From: Lepidodermella squamata
Lineage: Eukaryota; Animalia; Gastrotricha
Direction: 5' to 3'
Length of the DNA: 64,000 nt
Assembly: GCA_047495785.1 (NCBI GenBank)
Contig: JBLDXI010000013.1
Location: forward strand, 4,663,704-4,727,703
The notes beneath the pieces were generated by a model. That model saw only the letters and a list, made by a program, of their open reading frames with translations, did no database searches and had not been told where the DNA came from. Made by a program: the position numbers and the translations under genes. This document shows, piece by piece, positions 52,275 to 64,000 of the stretch. Position 1 is the first letter of the stretch; the number at the start of each line of letters is the position of its first letter.

Positions 52275-53033
52275 TCAGACCCCAGAAAGTTTGGAAACGC
52301 CCAACAAGCTGCCGGTGCTCAGCCGAGGGACTAACAAGTATGGCAAAGAGTTAAAGCAGGCTTGTCGAAATTTAGCCGTTGCTTTTTCGATCAGCTGTGT
52401 GCCGTACTTCTTAGGAATAAAATCATGCCATAACACGACAAGCGGGTCCAAGTTGATAACTTCTTCCTTCACTGGTGATAGAATCAGCAAAGGATGCCGA
52501 CCTCTGTCATCGTAGCGGCAGAAGCGTTTCGGGTCTCTCGCGAGGGCTTTTAGCTGCACATTTGCTTCGCCATCTCGACATATCTCGTACTCTGATGTCG
52601 CTGCTAATTTCTCGGCCGCGGACATCCTTTCCTCCAGAGGCTTTGTGTCGAAGTCATTTGGCTCGGCAGGTGTTTTCACCTGGGACATGTAGTAATTCTT
52701 CCAAGAAGTCAGGTGTTTTAGCAAGTTATCATCGGTTCTTGGCATCTTGTTTAATGCAAGGTTGCAAAGGAAAAGAGCCTCCAATTTTTTACCAAGGCCG
52801 AATGCGGCGTACTGCATGTAGTCGAGGATTTCCGATTCTCGTATCGAGCCAATTTCGCTGGCATATGTACTGTTGAAAACTCGCCAAGCATTGAGCGCTG
52901 CTGCGTAGAGTTCTTCGAACTTCTTGGCATCTGACAGTTCCTGCAACGGTTTGTACGCTTCGTAGAGTTCAGTTGAAGTTTCTGAACCAGTTGACAACTT
53001 GAACGTTAGCAAAAGGATGAGGGCAATACTCAT
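52275..53033 (-). CDS. Truncated P4HA-like ORF, array copy
   Basis: Identical translation. Confidence 0.65.
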   Translation of the reverse strand: MSIALILLLTFKLSTGSETSTELYEAYKPLQELSDAKKFEELYAAALNAWRVFNSTYASEIGSIRESEILDYMQYAAFGLGKKLEALFLCNLALNKMPRTDDNLLKHLTSWKNYYMSQVKTPAEPNDFDTKPLEERMSAAEKLAATSEYEICRDGEANVQLKALARDPKRFCRYDDRGRHPLLILSPVKEEVINLDPLVVLWHDFIPKKYGTQLIEKATAKFRQACFNSLPYLLVPRLSTGSLLGVSKLSGV

Positions 53034-53961
53034 TGTAAAAACTTGATAACCAGATTTTTGGAGTACTAATGGTTGATGAAATTGAGCACTATAAGTTTAT
53101 ATCCAACGTTTCGGTTATTTTCCATAACCTTCTTCAAGGATATCAAGGGTAACATTTCCGCATGAAGTTGATATTATAAAATTAAGGCGGAAATTTTAAA
53201 TTAGCGTTAGTGAGGATTATAAGCCTAATCTGATCCAGTAAGTTGAGCTATTCTAACTAAAATTTTCTCGGCTTGTTCGACTGCACTTCTCATGAAAGAT
53301 GGACTCCGTGAAGAGTTTCGCCTTAATCGAATCGAATTGGTATCCCTGAAGATGGTTATGAAAAAGAACCGAAACGTTGGATATAAACTTATAGCGCCCA
53401 ATCTCTTTGTAAAAGGATGTATAATAGGTACTAATAGTCAGTAATTTTTACATCTTTGCGCCCGAATGAATTTTTTAACCGCTATTTGTTGAATCACCTG
53501 CCTGTGTTATTGAATGATGACTGCGTAGAGTTCTTACATCTTTGTAGTCCGTTAACGCACGCAGCGAACCTATCTGAAGGATGGCGGTCATTACAAAGCA
53601 TGACAATGGACGGCACCGCAAATAATAAGACTCTCAAGGAGAACTCGGCGAGCTTCATAGTATCTGAGGATGGAAAAGGCTGAAACGATCGAATTACTTG
53701 TGGTCTAATATTTCTCACCTTCAGTTCTATGTATCAGGTGCTTCACCAAATCTCAACTTTTTCATATCAATATTGATGTAACATTGCTCTCACAATTTTT
53801 AAGTGCTATGCTATGCTTGCGCTTGGATTTCAGGATAGATGAGCGATCAGTATGTGAAGGATCCAGCCTATAAATTCATGTCAATCTTGCAGTTTCTCTC
53901 GAAATTCTCGCCGGCAAATATAACGTGAACGCTCATATGATGGATCGCCCTTCTGGCACTA

Positions 53962-54720
53962 TCAGACCCCAGAAAGTTTGGAAACGCCCAACAAGCTGCC
54001 GGTGCTCAGCCGAGGGACTAACAAGTATGGCAAAGAGTTAAAGCAGGCTTGTCGAAATTTAGCCGTTGCTTTTTCGATCAGCTGTGTGCCGTACTTCTTA
54101 GGAATAAAATCATGCCATAACACGACAAGCGGGTCCAAGTTGATAACTTCTTCCTTCACTGGTGATAGAATCAGCAAAGGATGCCGACCTCTGTCATCGT
54201 AGCGGCAGAAGCGTTTCGGGTCTCTCGCGAGGGCTTTTAGCTGCACATTTGCTTCGCCATCTCGACATATCTCGTACTCTGATGTCGCTGCTAATTTCTC
54301 GGCCGCGGACATCCTTTCCTCCAGAGGCTTTGTGTCGAAGTCATTTGGCTCGGCAGGTGTTTTCACCTGGGACATGTAGTAATTCTTCCAAGAAGTCAGG
54401 TGTTTTAGCAAGTTATCATCGGTTCTTGGCATCTTGTTTAATGCAAGGTTGCAAAGGAAAAGAGCCTCCAATTTTTTACCAAGGCCGAATGCGGCGTACT
54501 GCATGTAGTCGAGGATTTCCGATTCTCGTATCGAGCCAATTTCGCTGGCATATGTACTGTTGAAAACTCGCCAAGCATTGAGCGCTGCTGCGTAGAGTTC
54601 TTCGAACTTCTTGGCATCTGACAGTTCCTGCAACGGTTTGTACGCTTCGTAGAGTTCAGTTGAAGTTTCTGAACCAGTTGACAACTTGAACGTTAGCAAA
54701 AGGATGAGGGCAATACTCAT
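53962..54720 (-). CDS. Truncated P4HA-like ORF, array copy
   Basis: Identical translation. Confidence 0.65.
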   Translation of the reverse strand: MSIALILLLTFKLSTGSETSTELYEAYKPLQELSDAKKFEELYAAALNAWRVFNSTYASEIGSIRESEILDYMQYAAFGLGKKLEALFLCNLALNKMPRTDDNLLKHLTSWKNYYMSQVKTPAEPNDFDTKPLEERMSAAEKLAATSEYEICRDGEANVQLKALARDPKRFCRYDDRGRHPLLILSPVKEEVINLDPLVVLWHDFIPKKYGTQLIEKATAKFRQACFNSLPYLLVPRLSTGSLLGVSKLSGV

Positions 54721-55648
54721 TGTAAAAACTTGATAACCAGATTTTTGGAGTACTAATGGTTGATGAAATTGAGCACTATAAGTTTATATCCAACGTTTCG
54801 GTTATTTTCCATAACCTTCTTCAAGGATATCAAGGGTAACATTTCCGCATGAAGTTGATATTATAAAATTAAGGCGGAAATTTTAAATTAGCGTTAGTGA
54901 GGATTATAAGCCTAATCTGATCCAGTAAGTTGAGCTATTCTAACTAAAATTTTCTCGGCTTGTTCGACTGCACTTCTCATGAAAGATGGACTCCGTGAAG
55001 AGTTTCGCCTTAATCGAATCGAATTGGTATCCCTGAAGATGGTTATGAAAAAGAACCGAAACGTTGGATATAAACTTATAGCGCCCAATCTCTTTGTAAA
55101 AGGATGTATAATAGGTACTAATAGTCAGTAATTTTTACATCTTTGCGCCCGAATGAATTTTTTAACCGCTATTTGTTGAATCACCTGCCTGTGTTATTGA
55201 ATGATGACTGCGTAGAGTTCTTACATCTTTGTAGTCCGTTAACGCACGCAGCGAACCTATCTGAAGGATGGCGGTCATTACAAAGCATGACAATGGACGG
55301 CACCGCAAATAATAAGACTCTCAAGGAGAACTCGGCGAGCTTCATAGTATCTGAGGATGGAAAAGGCTGAAACGATCGAATTACTTGTGGTCTAATATTT
55401 CTCACCTTCAGTTCTATGTATCAGGTGCTTCACCAAATCTCAACTTTTTCATATCAATATTGATGTAACATTGCTCTCACAATTTTTAAGTGCTATGCTA
55501 TGCTTGCGCTTGGATTTCAGGATAGATGAGCGATCAGTATGTGAAGGATCCAGCCTATAAATTCATGTCAATCTTGCAGTTTCTCTCGAAATTCTCGCCG
55601 GCAAATATAACGTGAACGCTCATATGATGGATCGCCCTTCTGGCACTA

Positions 55649-58600
55649 TCAGACCCCAGAAAGTTTGGAAACGCCCAACAAGCTGCCGGTGCTCAGCCGA
55701 GGGACTAACAAGTATGGCAAAGAGTTAAAGCAGGCTTGTCGAAATTTAGCCGTTGCTTTTTCGATCAGCTGTGTGCCGTACTTCTTAGGAATAAAATCAT
55801 GCCATAACACGACAAGCGGGTCCAAGTTGATAACTTCTTCCTTCACTGGTGATAGAATCAGCAAAGGATGCCGACCTCTGTCATCGTAGCGGCAGAAGCG
55901 TTTCGGGTCTCTCGCGAGGGCTTTTAGCTGCACATTTGCTTCGCCATCTCGACATATCTCGTACTCTGATGTCGCTGCTAATTTCTCGGCCGCGGACATC
56001 CTTTCCTCCAGAGGCTTTGTGTCGAAGTCATTTGGCTCGGCAGGTGTTTTCACCTGGGACATGTAGTAATTCTTCCAAGAAGTCAGGTGTTTTAGCAAGT
56101 TATCATCGGTTCTTGGCATCTTGTTTAATGCAAGGTTGCAAAGGAAAAGAGCCTCCAATTTTTTACCAAGGCCGAATGCGGCGTACTGCATGTAGTCGAG
56201 GATTTTCCGATTCTCGTATCGAGCCAATTTCGCTGGCATATGTACTGTTGAAAACTCGCCAAGCATTGAGCGCTGCTGCGTAGAGTTCTTCGAGCTTCTT
56301 GGCATCTGACAGTTCCTGCAACGGTTTGTACGCTTCGTAGAGTTCAGTTGAAGTTTCTGAACCAGTTGACAACTTGAACGTTAGCAAAAGGATGAGGGCA
56401 ATACTCATTGTAAAAACTTGATAACCAGATTTTTGGAGTACTAATGGTTGATGAAATTGAGCACTATAAGTTTATATCCAACGTTTCGGTTATTTTCCAT
56501 AACCTTCTTCAAGGATATCAAGGGTAACATTTCCGCATGAAGTTGATATTATAAAATTAAGGCGGAAATTTTAAATTAGCGTTAGTGAGGATTATAAGCC
56601 TAATCTGATCCAGTAAGTTGAGCTATTCTAACTAAAATTTTCTCGGCTTGTTCGACTGCACTTCTCATGAAAGATGGACTCCGTGAAGAGTTTCGCCTTA
56701 ATCGAATCGAATTGGTATCCCTGAAGATGGTTATGAAAAGAACCGAAACGTTGGATATAAACTTATAGCGCCCAATCTCTTTGTAAAAGGATGTATAATA
56801 GGTACTAATAGTCAGTAATTTTTACATCTTTGCGCCCGAATGAATTTTTTAACCGCTATTTGTTGAATCACCTGCCTGTGTTATTGAATGATGACTGCGT
56901 AGAGTTCTTACATCTTTGTAGTCCGTTAACGCACGCAGCGAACCTATCTGAAGGATGGCGGTCATTACAAAGCATGACAATGGACGGCACCGCAAATAAT
57001 AAGACTCTCAAGGAGAACTCGGCGAGCTTCATAGTATCTGAGGATGGAAAAGGCTGAAACGATCGAATTACTTGTGGTCTAATATTTCTCACCTTCAGTT
57101 CTATGTATCAGGTGCTTCACCAAATCTCAACTTTTTCATATCAATATTGATGTAACATTGCTCTCACAATTTTTAAGTGCTATGCTATGCTTGCGCTTGG
57201 ATTCAGGATAGATGAGCGATCAGTATGTGAAGGATCCAGCCTATAAATTCATGTCAATCTTGCAGTTTCTCTCGAAATTCTCGCCGGCAAATATAACGTG
57301 AACGCTCATATGATGGATCGCCCTTCTGGCACTATCAGACCCCAGAAAGTTTGGAAACGCCCAACAAGCTGCCGGTGCTCAGCCGAGGGACTAACAAGTA
57401 TGGCAAAGAGTTAAAGCAGGCTTGTCGAAATTTAGCCGTTGCTTTTTTCGATCAGCTGTGTGCCGTACTTCTTAGGAATAAAATCATGCCATAACACGAC
57501 AAGCGGGTCCAAGTTGATAACTTCTTCCTTCACTGGTGATAGAAATCAGCAAAGGATGCCGACCTCTGTCATCGTAGCGGCAGAAGCGTTTCGGGTCTCT
57601 CGCGAGGGCTTTTAGCTGCACATTTGCTTCGCCATCTCGACATATCTCGTACTCTGATGTCGCTGCTAATTTCTCGGCCGCGGACATCCTTTCCTCCAGA
57701 GGCTTTGTGTCGAAGTCATTTGGCTCGCAGGTGTTTTCACCTGGGACATGTAGTAATTCTTCCAAGAAGTCAGGTGTTTTAGCAAGTTATCATCGGTTCT
57801 TGGCATCTTGTTTAATGCAAGGTTGCAAAGGAAAAGAGCCTCCAATTTTTTACCAAGGCCGAATGCGGCGTACTGCATGTAGTCGAGGATTTCCGATTCT
57901 CGTATCGAGCCAATTTCGCTGGCATATGTACTGTTGAAAACTCGCCAAGCATTGAGCGCTGCTGCGTAGAGTTCTTCGAACTTCTTGGCATCTGACAGTT
58001 CCTGCAACGGTTTGTACGCTTCGTAGAGTTCAGTTGAAGTTTCTGAACCAGTTGACAACTTGAACGTTAGCAAAAGGATGAGGGCAATACTCATTGTAAA
58101 AACTTGATAACCAGATTTTTGGAGTACTAATGGTTGATGAAATTGAGCACTATAAGTTTATATCCAACGTTTCGGTTATTTTCCATAACCTTCTTCAAGG
58201 ATATCAAGGGTAACATTTCCGCATGAAGTTGATATTATAAAATTAAGGCGGAAATTTTAAATTAGCGTTAGTGAGGATTATAAGCCTAATCTGATCCAGT
58301 AAGTTGAGCTATTCTAACTAAAATTTTCTCGGCTTGTTCGACTGCACTTCTCATGAAAGATGGACTCCGTGAAGAGTTTCGCCTTAATCGAATCGAATTG
58401 TATCCCTGAAGATGGTTATGAAAAAGAACCGAAACGTTGGATATAAACTTATAGCGCCCAATCTCTTTGTAAAAGGATGTATAATAGGTACTAATAGTCA
58501 GTAATTTTTACATCTTTGCGCCCGAATGAATTTTTTAACCGCTATTTGTTGAATCACCTGCCTGTGTTATTGAATGATGACTGCGTAGAGTTCTTACATC

Positions 58601-59780
58601 TTTGTAGTCCGTTAACGCACGCAGCGAACCTATCTGAAGGATGGCGGTCATTACAAAGCATGACAATGGACGGCACCGCAAATAATAAGACTCTCAAGGA
58701 GAACTCGCGAGCTTCATAGTATCTGAGGATGGAAAAGGCTGAAACGATCGAATTACTTGTGGTCTAATATTTCTCACCTTCAGTTCTATGTATCAGGTGC
58801 TTCACCAAATCTCAACTTTTTCATATCAATATTGATGTAACATTGCTCTCACAATTTTTAAGTGCTATGCTATGCTTGCGCTTGGATTTCAGGATAGATG
58901 AGCGATCAGTATGTGAAGGATCCAGCCTATAAATTCATGTCAATCTTGCAGTTTCTCTCGAAATTCTCGCCGGCAAATATAACGTGAACGCTCATATGAT
59001 GGATCGCCCTTCTGGCACTATCAGACCCCAGAAAGTTTGGAAACGCCCAACAAGCTGCCGGTGCTCAGCCGAGGGACTAACAAGTATGGCAAAGAGTTAA
59101 AGCAGGCTTGTCGAAATTTAGCCGTTGCTTTTTCGATCAGCTGTGTGCCGTACTTCTTAGGAATAAAATCATGCCATAACACGACAAGCGGGTCAAGTTG
59201 ATAACTTCTTCCTTCACTGGTGATAGAATCAGCAAAGGATGCCGACCTCTGTCATCGTAGCGGCAGAAGCGTTTCGGGTCTCTCGCGAGGGCTTTTAGCT
59301 GCACATTTGCTTCGCCATCTCGACATATCTCGTACTCTGATGTCGCTGCTAATTTCTCGGCCGCGGACATCCTTTCCTCCAGAGGCTTTGTGTCGAAGTC
59401 ATTTGGCTCGGCCAGGTGTTTTCACCTGGGACATGTAGTAATTCTTCCAAGAAGTCAGGTGTTTTAGCAAGTTATCATCGGTTCTTGGCATCTTGTTTAA
59501 TGCAAGGTTGCAAAAGGAAAAGAGCCTCCAATTTTTTACCAAGGCCGAATGCGGCGTACTGCATGTAGTCGAGGATTTCCGATTCTCGTATCGAGCCAAT
59601 TTCGCTGGCATATGTACTGTTGAAAACTCGCCAAGCATTGAGCGCTGCTGCGTAGAGTTCTTCGAACTTCTTGGCATCTGACAGTTCCTGCAACGGTTTG
59701 TACGCTTCGTAGAGTTCAGTTGAAGTTTCTGAACCAGTTGACAACTTGAACGTTAGCAAAAGGATGAGGGCAATACTCAT
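55649..59780 (-). pseudogene. Three further P4HA-like array copies with single-base frameshifts (probably consensus errors)
   Basis: Starts at 56408, 58094 and 59780; indels mostly in homopolymers (gattttcc, gcttttttcg, caaaaggaaa). Confidence 0.6.
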
Positions 59781-61002
59781 TGTAAAAACTTGATAACCAG
59801 ATTTTTGGAGTACTAATGGCTGATGAAATTGAGCACTATAAGTTTATATCCAACGTTTCGGTTATTTTCCATAACCTTCTTCAAGGATATCAAGGGTAAC
59901 ATTTCCGCATGAAGTTGATATTATAAAATTAAGGCGGAAATTTTAAATTAGCGTTAGTGAGGATTATAAGCCTAATCTGATCCAGTAAGTTGAGCTATTC
60001 TAACTAAAATTTTCTCGGCTTGTTCGACTGCACTTCTCATGAAAGATGGACTCCGTGAAGAGTTTCGCCTTAATCGAATCGAATTGGTATCCCTGAAGAT
60101 GGTTATGAAAAGAACCGAAACGTTGGATATAAACTTATAGCGCCCAATCTCTTTGTAAAAGGATGTATAATAGGTACTAATAGTCAGTAATTTTTACATC
60201 TTTGCGCCCGAATGAATTTTTTAACCGCTATTTGTTGAATCACCTGCCTGTGTTATTGAATGATGACTGCGTAGAGTTCTTACATCTTTGTAGTCCGTTA
60301 ACGCACGCAGCGAACCTATCTGAAGGATGGCGGTCATTACAAAGCATGACAATGACGGCACCGCAAATAATAAGACTCTCAAGGAGAACTCGGCGAGCTT
60401 CATAGTATCTGAGGATGGAAAAGGCTGAAACGATCGAATTACTTGTGGTCTAATATTTCTCACCTTCAGTTCTATGTATCAGGTGCTTCACCAAATCTCA
60501 ACTTTTTCATATCAATATTGATGTAACATTGCTCTCACAATTTTTAAGTGCTATGCTATGCTTGCGCTTGGATTTCAGGATAGATGAGCGATCAGTATGT
60601 GAAGGATCCAGCCTATAAATTCATGTCAATCTTGCAGTTTCTCTCGAAATTCTCGCCGGCAAATATAACGTGAACGCTCATATGATGGATCGCCCTTCTG
60701 GCACTATCAGACCCCAGAAAGTTTGGAAACGCCCAACAAGCTGCCGGTGCTCAGCCGAGGGACTAACAAGTATGGCAAAGAGTTAAAGCAGGCTTGTCGA
60801 AATTTAGCCGTTGCTTTTTCGATCAGCTGTGTGCCGTACTTCTTAGGAATAAAATCATGCCATAACACGACAAGCGGGTCCAAGTTGATAACTTCTTCCT
60901 TCACTGGTGATAGAATCAGCAAAGGATGCCGACCTCTGTCATCGTAGCGGCAGAAGCGTTTCGGGTCTCTCGCGAGGGCTTTTAGCTGCACATTTGCTTC
61001 GC

Positions 61003-63983
61003 CATCTATCCTGAAATCCAAGCGCAAGCATAGCATAGCACTTAAAAATTGTGAGAGCAATGTTACATCAATATTGATATGAAAAAGTTGAGATTTGGTG
61101 AAGCACCTGATACATAGAACTGAAGGTGAGAAATATTAGACCACAAGTAATTCGATCGTTTCAGCCTTTTCCATCCTCAGATACTATGAAGCTCGCCGAG
61201 TTCTCCTTGAGAGTCTTATTATTTGCGGTGCCGTCCATTGTCATGCTTTGTAATGACCGCCATCCTTCAGATAGGTTCGCTGCGTGCGTTAACGGACTAC
61301 AAAGATGTAAGAACTCTACGCAGTCATCATTCAATAACACAGGCAGGTGATTCAACAATAGCGGTTAAAAAATTCATTCGGGCGCAAAGATGTAAAAATT
61401 ACTGACTATTAGTACCTATTATACATCCTTTTACAAAGAGATTGGGCGCTATAAGTTTATATCCAACGTTTCGGTTCTTTTTCATAACCATCTTCAGGGA
61501 TACCAATTCGATTCGATTAAGGCGAAACTCTTCACGGAGTCCATCTTTCATGAGAAGTGCAGTCGAACAAGCCGAGAAAATTTTAGTTAGAATAGCTCAA
61601 CTTACTGGATCAGATTAGGCTTATAATCCTCACTAACGCTAATTTAAAATTTCCGCCTTAATTTTATAATATCAACTTCATGCGGAAATGTTACCCTTGA
61701 TATCCTTGAAGAAGGTTATGGAAAATAACCGAAACGTTGGATATAAACTTATAGTGCTCAATTTCATCAGCCATTAGTACTCCAAAAATCTGGTTATCAA
61801 GTTTTTACAATGAGTATTGCCCTCATCCTTTTGCTAACGTTCAAGTTGTCAACTGGTTCAGAACTTCAACTGAACTCTACGAAGCGTACAAACCGTTGCA
61901 GGAACTGTCAGATGCCAAGAAGTTCGAAGAACTCTACGCAGCAGCGCTCAATGCTTGGCGAGTTTTCAACAGTACATATGCCAGCGAAATTGGCTCGATA
62001 CGAGAATCGGAAATCCTCGACTACATGCAGTACGCCGCATTCGGCCTTGGTAAAAAATTGGAGGCTCTTTTCCTTTGCAACCTTGCATTAAACAAGATGC
62101 CAAGAACCGATGATAACTTGCTAAAACACCTGACTTCTTGGAAGAATTACTACATGTCCCAGGTGAAAACACCTGCCGAGCCAAATGACTTCGACACAAA
62201 GCCTCTGGAGGAAAGGATGTCCGCGGCCGAGAAATTAGCAGCGACATCAGAGTACGAGATATGTCGAGATGGCGAAGCAAATGTGCAGCTAAAAGCCCTC
62301 GCGAGAGACCCGAAACGCTTCTGCCGCTACGATGACAGAGGTCGGCATCCTTTGCTGATTCTATCACCAGTGAAGGAAGAAGTTATCAACTTGGACCCGC
62401 TTGTCGTGTTATGGCATGATTTTATTCCTAAGAAGTACGGCACACAGCTGATCGAAAAGCAACGGCTAAATTTCGACAAGCCTGCTTTAACTCTTTGCCA
62501 TACTTGTTAGTCCCTCGGCTGAGCACCGGCAGCTTGTTGGGCGTTTCCAAACTTTCTGGGGTCTGATAGTGCCAGAAGGGCGATCCATCATATGAGCGTT
62601 CACGTTATATTTGCCGGCGAGAATTTCGAGAGAAACTGCAAGATTGACATGAATTTATAGGCTGGATCCTTCACATACTGATCGCTCATCTATCCTGAAA
62701 TCCAAGCGCAAGCATAGCATAGCACTTAAAAATTGTGAGAGCAATGTTACATCAATATTGATATGAAAAAGTTGAGATTTGGTGAAGCACCTGATACATA
62801 GAACTGAAGGTGAGAAATATTAGACCACAAGTAATTCGATCGTTTCAGCCTTTTCCATCCTCAGATACTATGAAGCTCGCCGAGTTCTCCTTGAGAGTCT
62901 TATTATTTGCGGTGCCGTCCATTGTCATGCTTTGTAATGACCGCCATCCTTCAGATAGGTTCGCTGCGTGCGTTAACGGACTACAAAGATGTAAGAACTC
63001 TACGCAGTCATCATTCAATAACACAGGCAGGTGATTCAACAAATAGCGGTTAAAAAATTCATTCGGGCGCAAAGATGTAAAAATTACTGACTATTAGTAC
63101 CTATTATACATCCTTTTACAAAGAGATTGGGCGCTATAAGTTTTATATCCAACGTTTCGGTTCTTTTTCATAACCATCTTCAGGGATACCAATTCGATTC
63201 GATTAAGGCGAAACTCTTCACGGAGTCCATCTTTCATGAGAAGTGCAGTCGAACAAGCCGAGAAAATTTTAGTTAGAATAGCTCAACTTACTGGATCAGA
63301 TTAGGCTTATAATCCTCACTAACGCTAATTTAAAATTTCCGCCTTAATTTTATAATATCAACTTCATGCGGAAATGTTACCCTTGATATCCTTGAAGAAG
63401 GTTATGGAAAATAACCGAAACGTTGGATATAAACTTATAGTGCTCAATTTCATCAACCATTAGTACTCCAAAAATCTGGTTATCAAGTTTTTACAATGAG
63501 TATTGCCCTCATCCTTTTGCTAACGTTCAAGTTGTCAACTGGTTCAGAAACTTCAACTGAACTCTACGAAGCGTACAAACCGTTGCAGGAACTGTCAGAT
63601 GCCAAGAAGTTCGAAGAACTCTACGCAGCAGCGCTCAATGCTTGGCGAGTTTTCAACAGTACATATGCCAGCGAAATTGGCTCGATACGAGAATCGGAAA
63701 TCCTCGACTACATGCAGTACGCCGCATTCGGCCTTGGTAAAAAATTGGAGGCTCTTTTCCTTTGCAACCTTGCATTAAACAAGATGCCAAGAACCGATGA
63801 TAACTTGCTAAAACACCTGACTTCTTGGAAGAATTACTACATGTCCCAGGTGAAAACACCTGCCGAGCCAAATGACTTCGACACAAAGCCTCTGGAGGAA
63901 AGGATGTCCGCGGCCGAGAAATAGCAGCGACATCAGAGTACGAGATATGTCGAGATGGCGAAGCAAATGTGCAGCTAAAAGCC
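61003..63983 (+). repeat. Inverted continuation of the 1687-bp array (about 1.8 units; P4HA-like ORF starts at 61810 and 63496)
   Basis: Sequence from 61003 is the reverse complement of sequence ending at about 60586; plus-strand ORFs mirror the minus-strand ones. Confidence 0.95.
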
Positions 63984-64000
63984 ACTCTCACGAGATGTGT

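Larger units (their letters stand above)
45659..61007 (-). repeat. Tandem array of 1687-bp units (about 9.1 copies)
   Basis: ORF starts at 46285, 47972, 49659, 51346, 53033, 54720 (exact 1687 period), then 56408, 58094, 59780. Early units look identical; later ones carry single-base indels. Confidence 0.97.

Noticed and set aside
55649-63983. Progressive pseudogenisation of distal array copies
   Set aside because: Differences are mostly private single-base indels, many in homopolymers, that increase toward the window end; more consistent with consensus error.
63984-64000. Last 17 nt depart from the repeat and end in AGATGTGT, the start of the Tn5 mosaic end
   Set aside because: Only 8 nt match and the window ends; adapter, read noise and chance cannot be told apart.

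Overview
Eukaryotic genomic DNA from a ciliated invertebrate animal (AT-rich GT-AG introns, many 50-60 nt; taxon not identifiable from sequence alone). All exon boundaries were called by eye. Left to right: (1) a minus-strand, >=15-exon secreted protein with 7 PAN/apple-like repeats, mucin-like tracts, a SUEL lectin and an F5/8C domain, running off the left edge; (2) a tightly packed minus-strand trio MZT1 - TEN1 - CAP/EGF/ShKT gene with operon-like spacing; (3) a complete 13-exon HYDIN (about 5334 aa) hosting two nested antisense genes, a small tail-anchored orphan in intron 2 and a secreted 9-aa-repeat peptide precursor in intron 8; (4) a rearranged partial HYDIN duplicate that carried a second copy of the peptide-precursor gene, with 29 repeats instead of 4; (5) an 18-kb array of near-identical 1687-bp units that folds back on itself at about 61005. 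Each unit encodes a signal-peptide-bearing, catalytically truncated prolyl 4-hydroxylase alpha-like ORF and carries a divergent pair of Penelope-type minimal hammerhead ribozyme motifs, one per strand. The best candidates for undescribed biology are the ambisense-hammerhead, gene-carrying tandem unit and the repeat-peptide precursor family. An amplification or assembly artefact must be excluded for the array.
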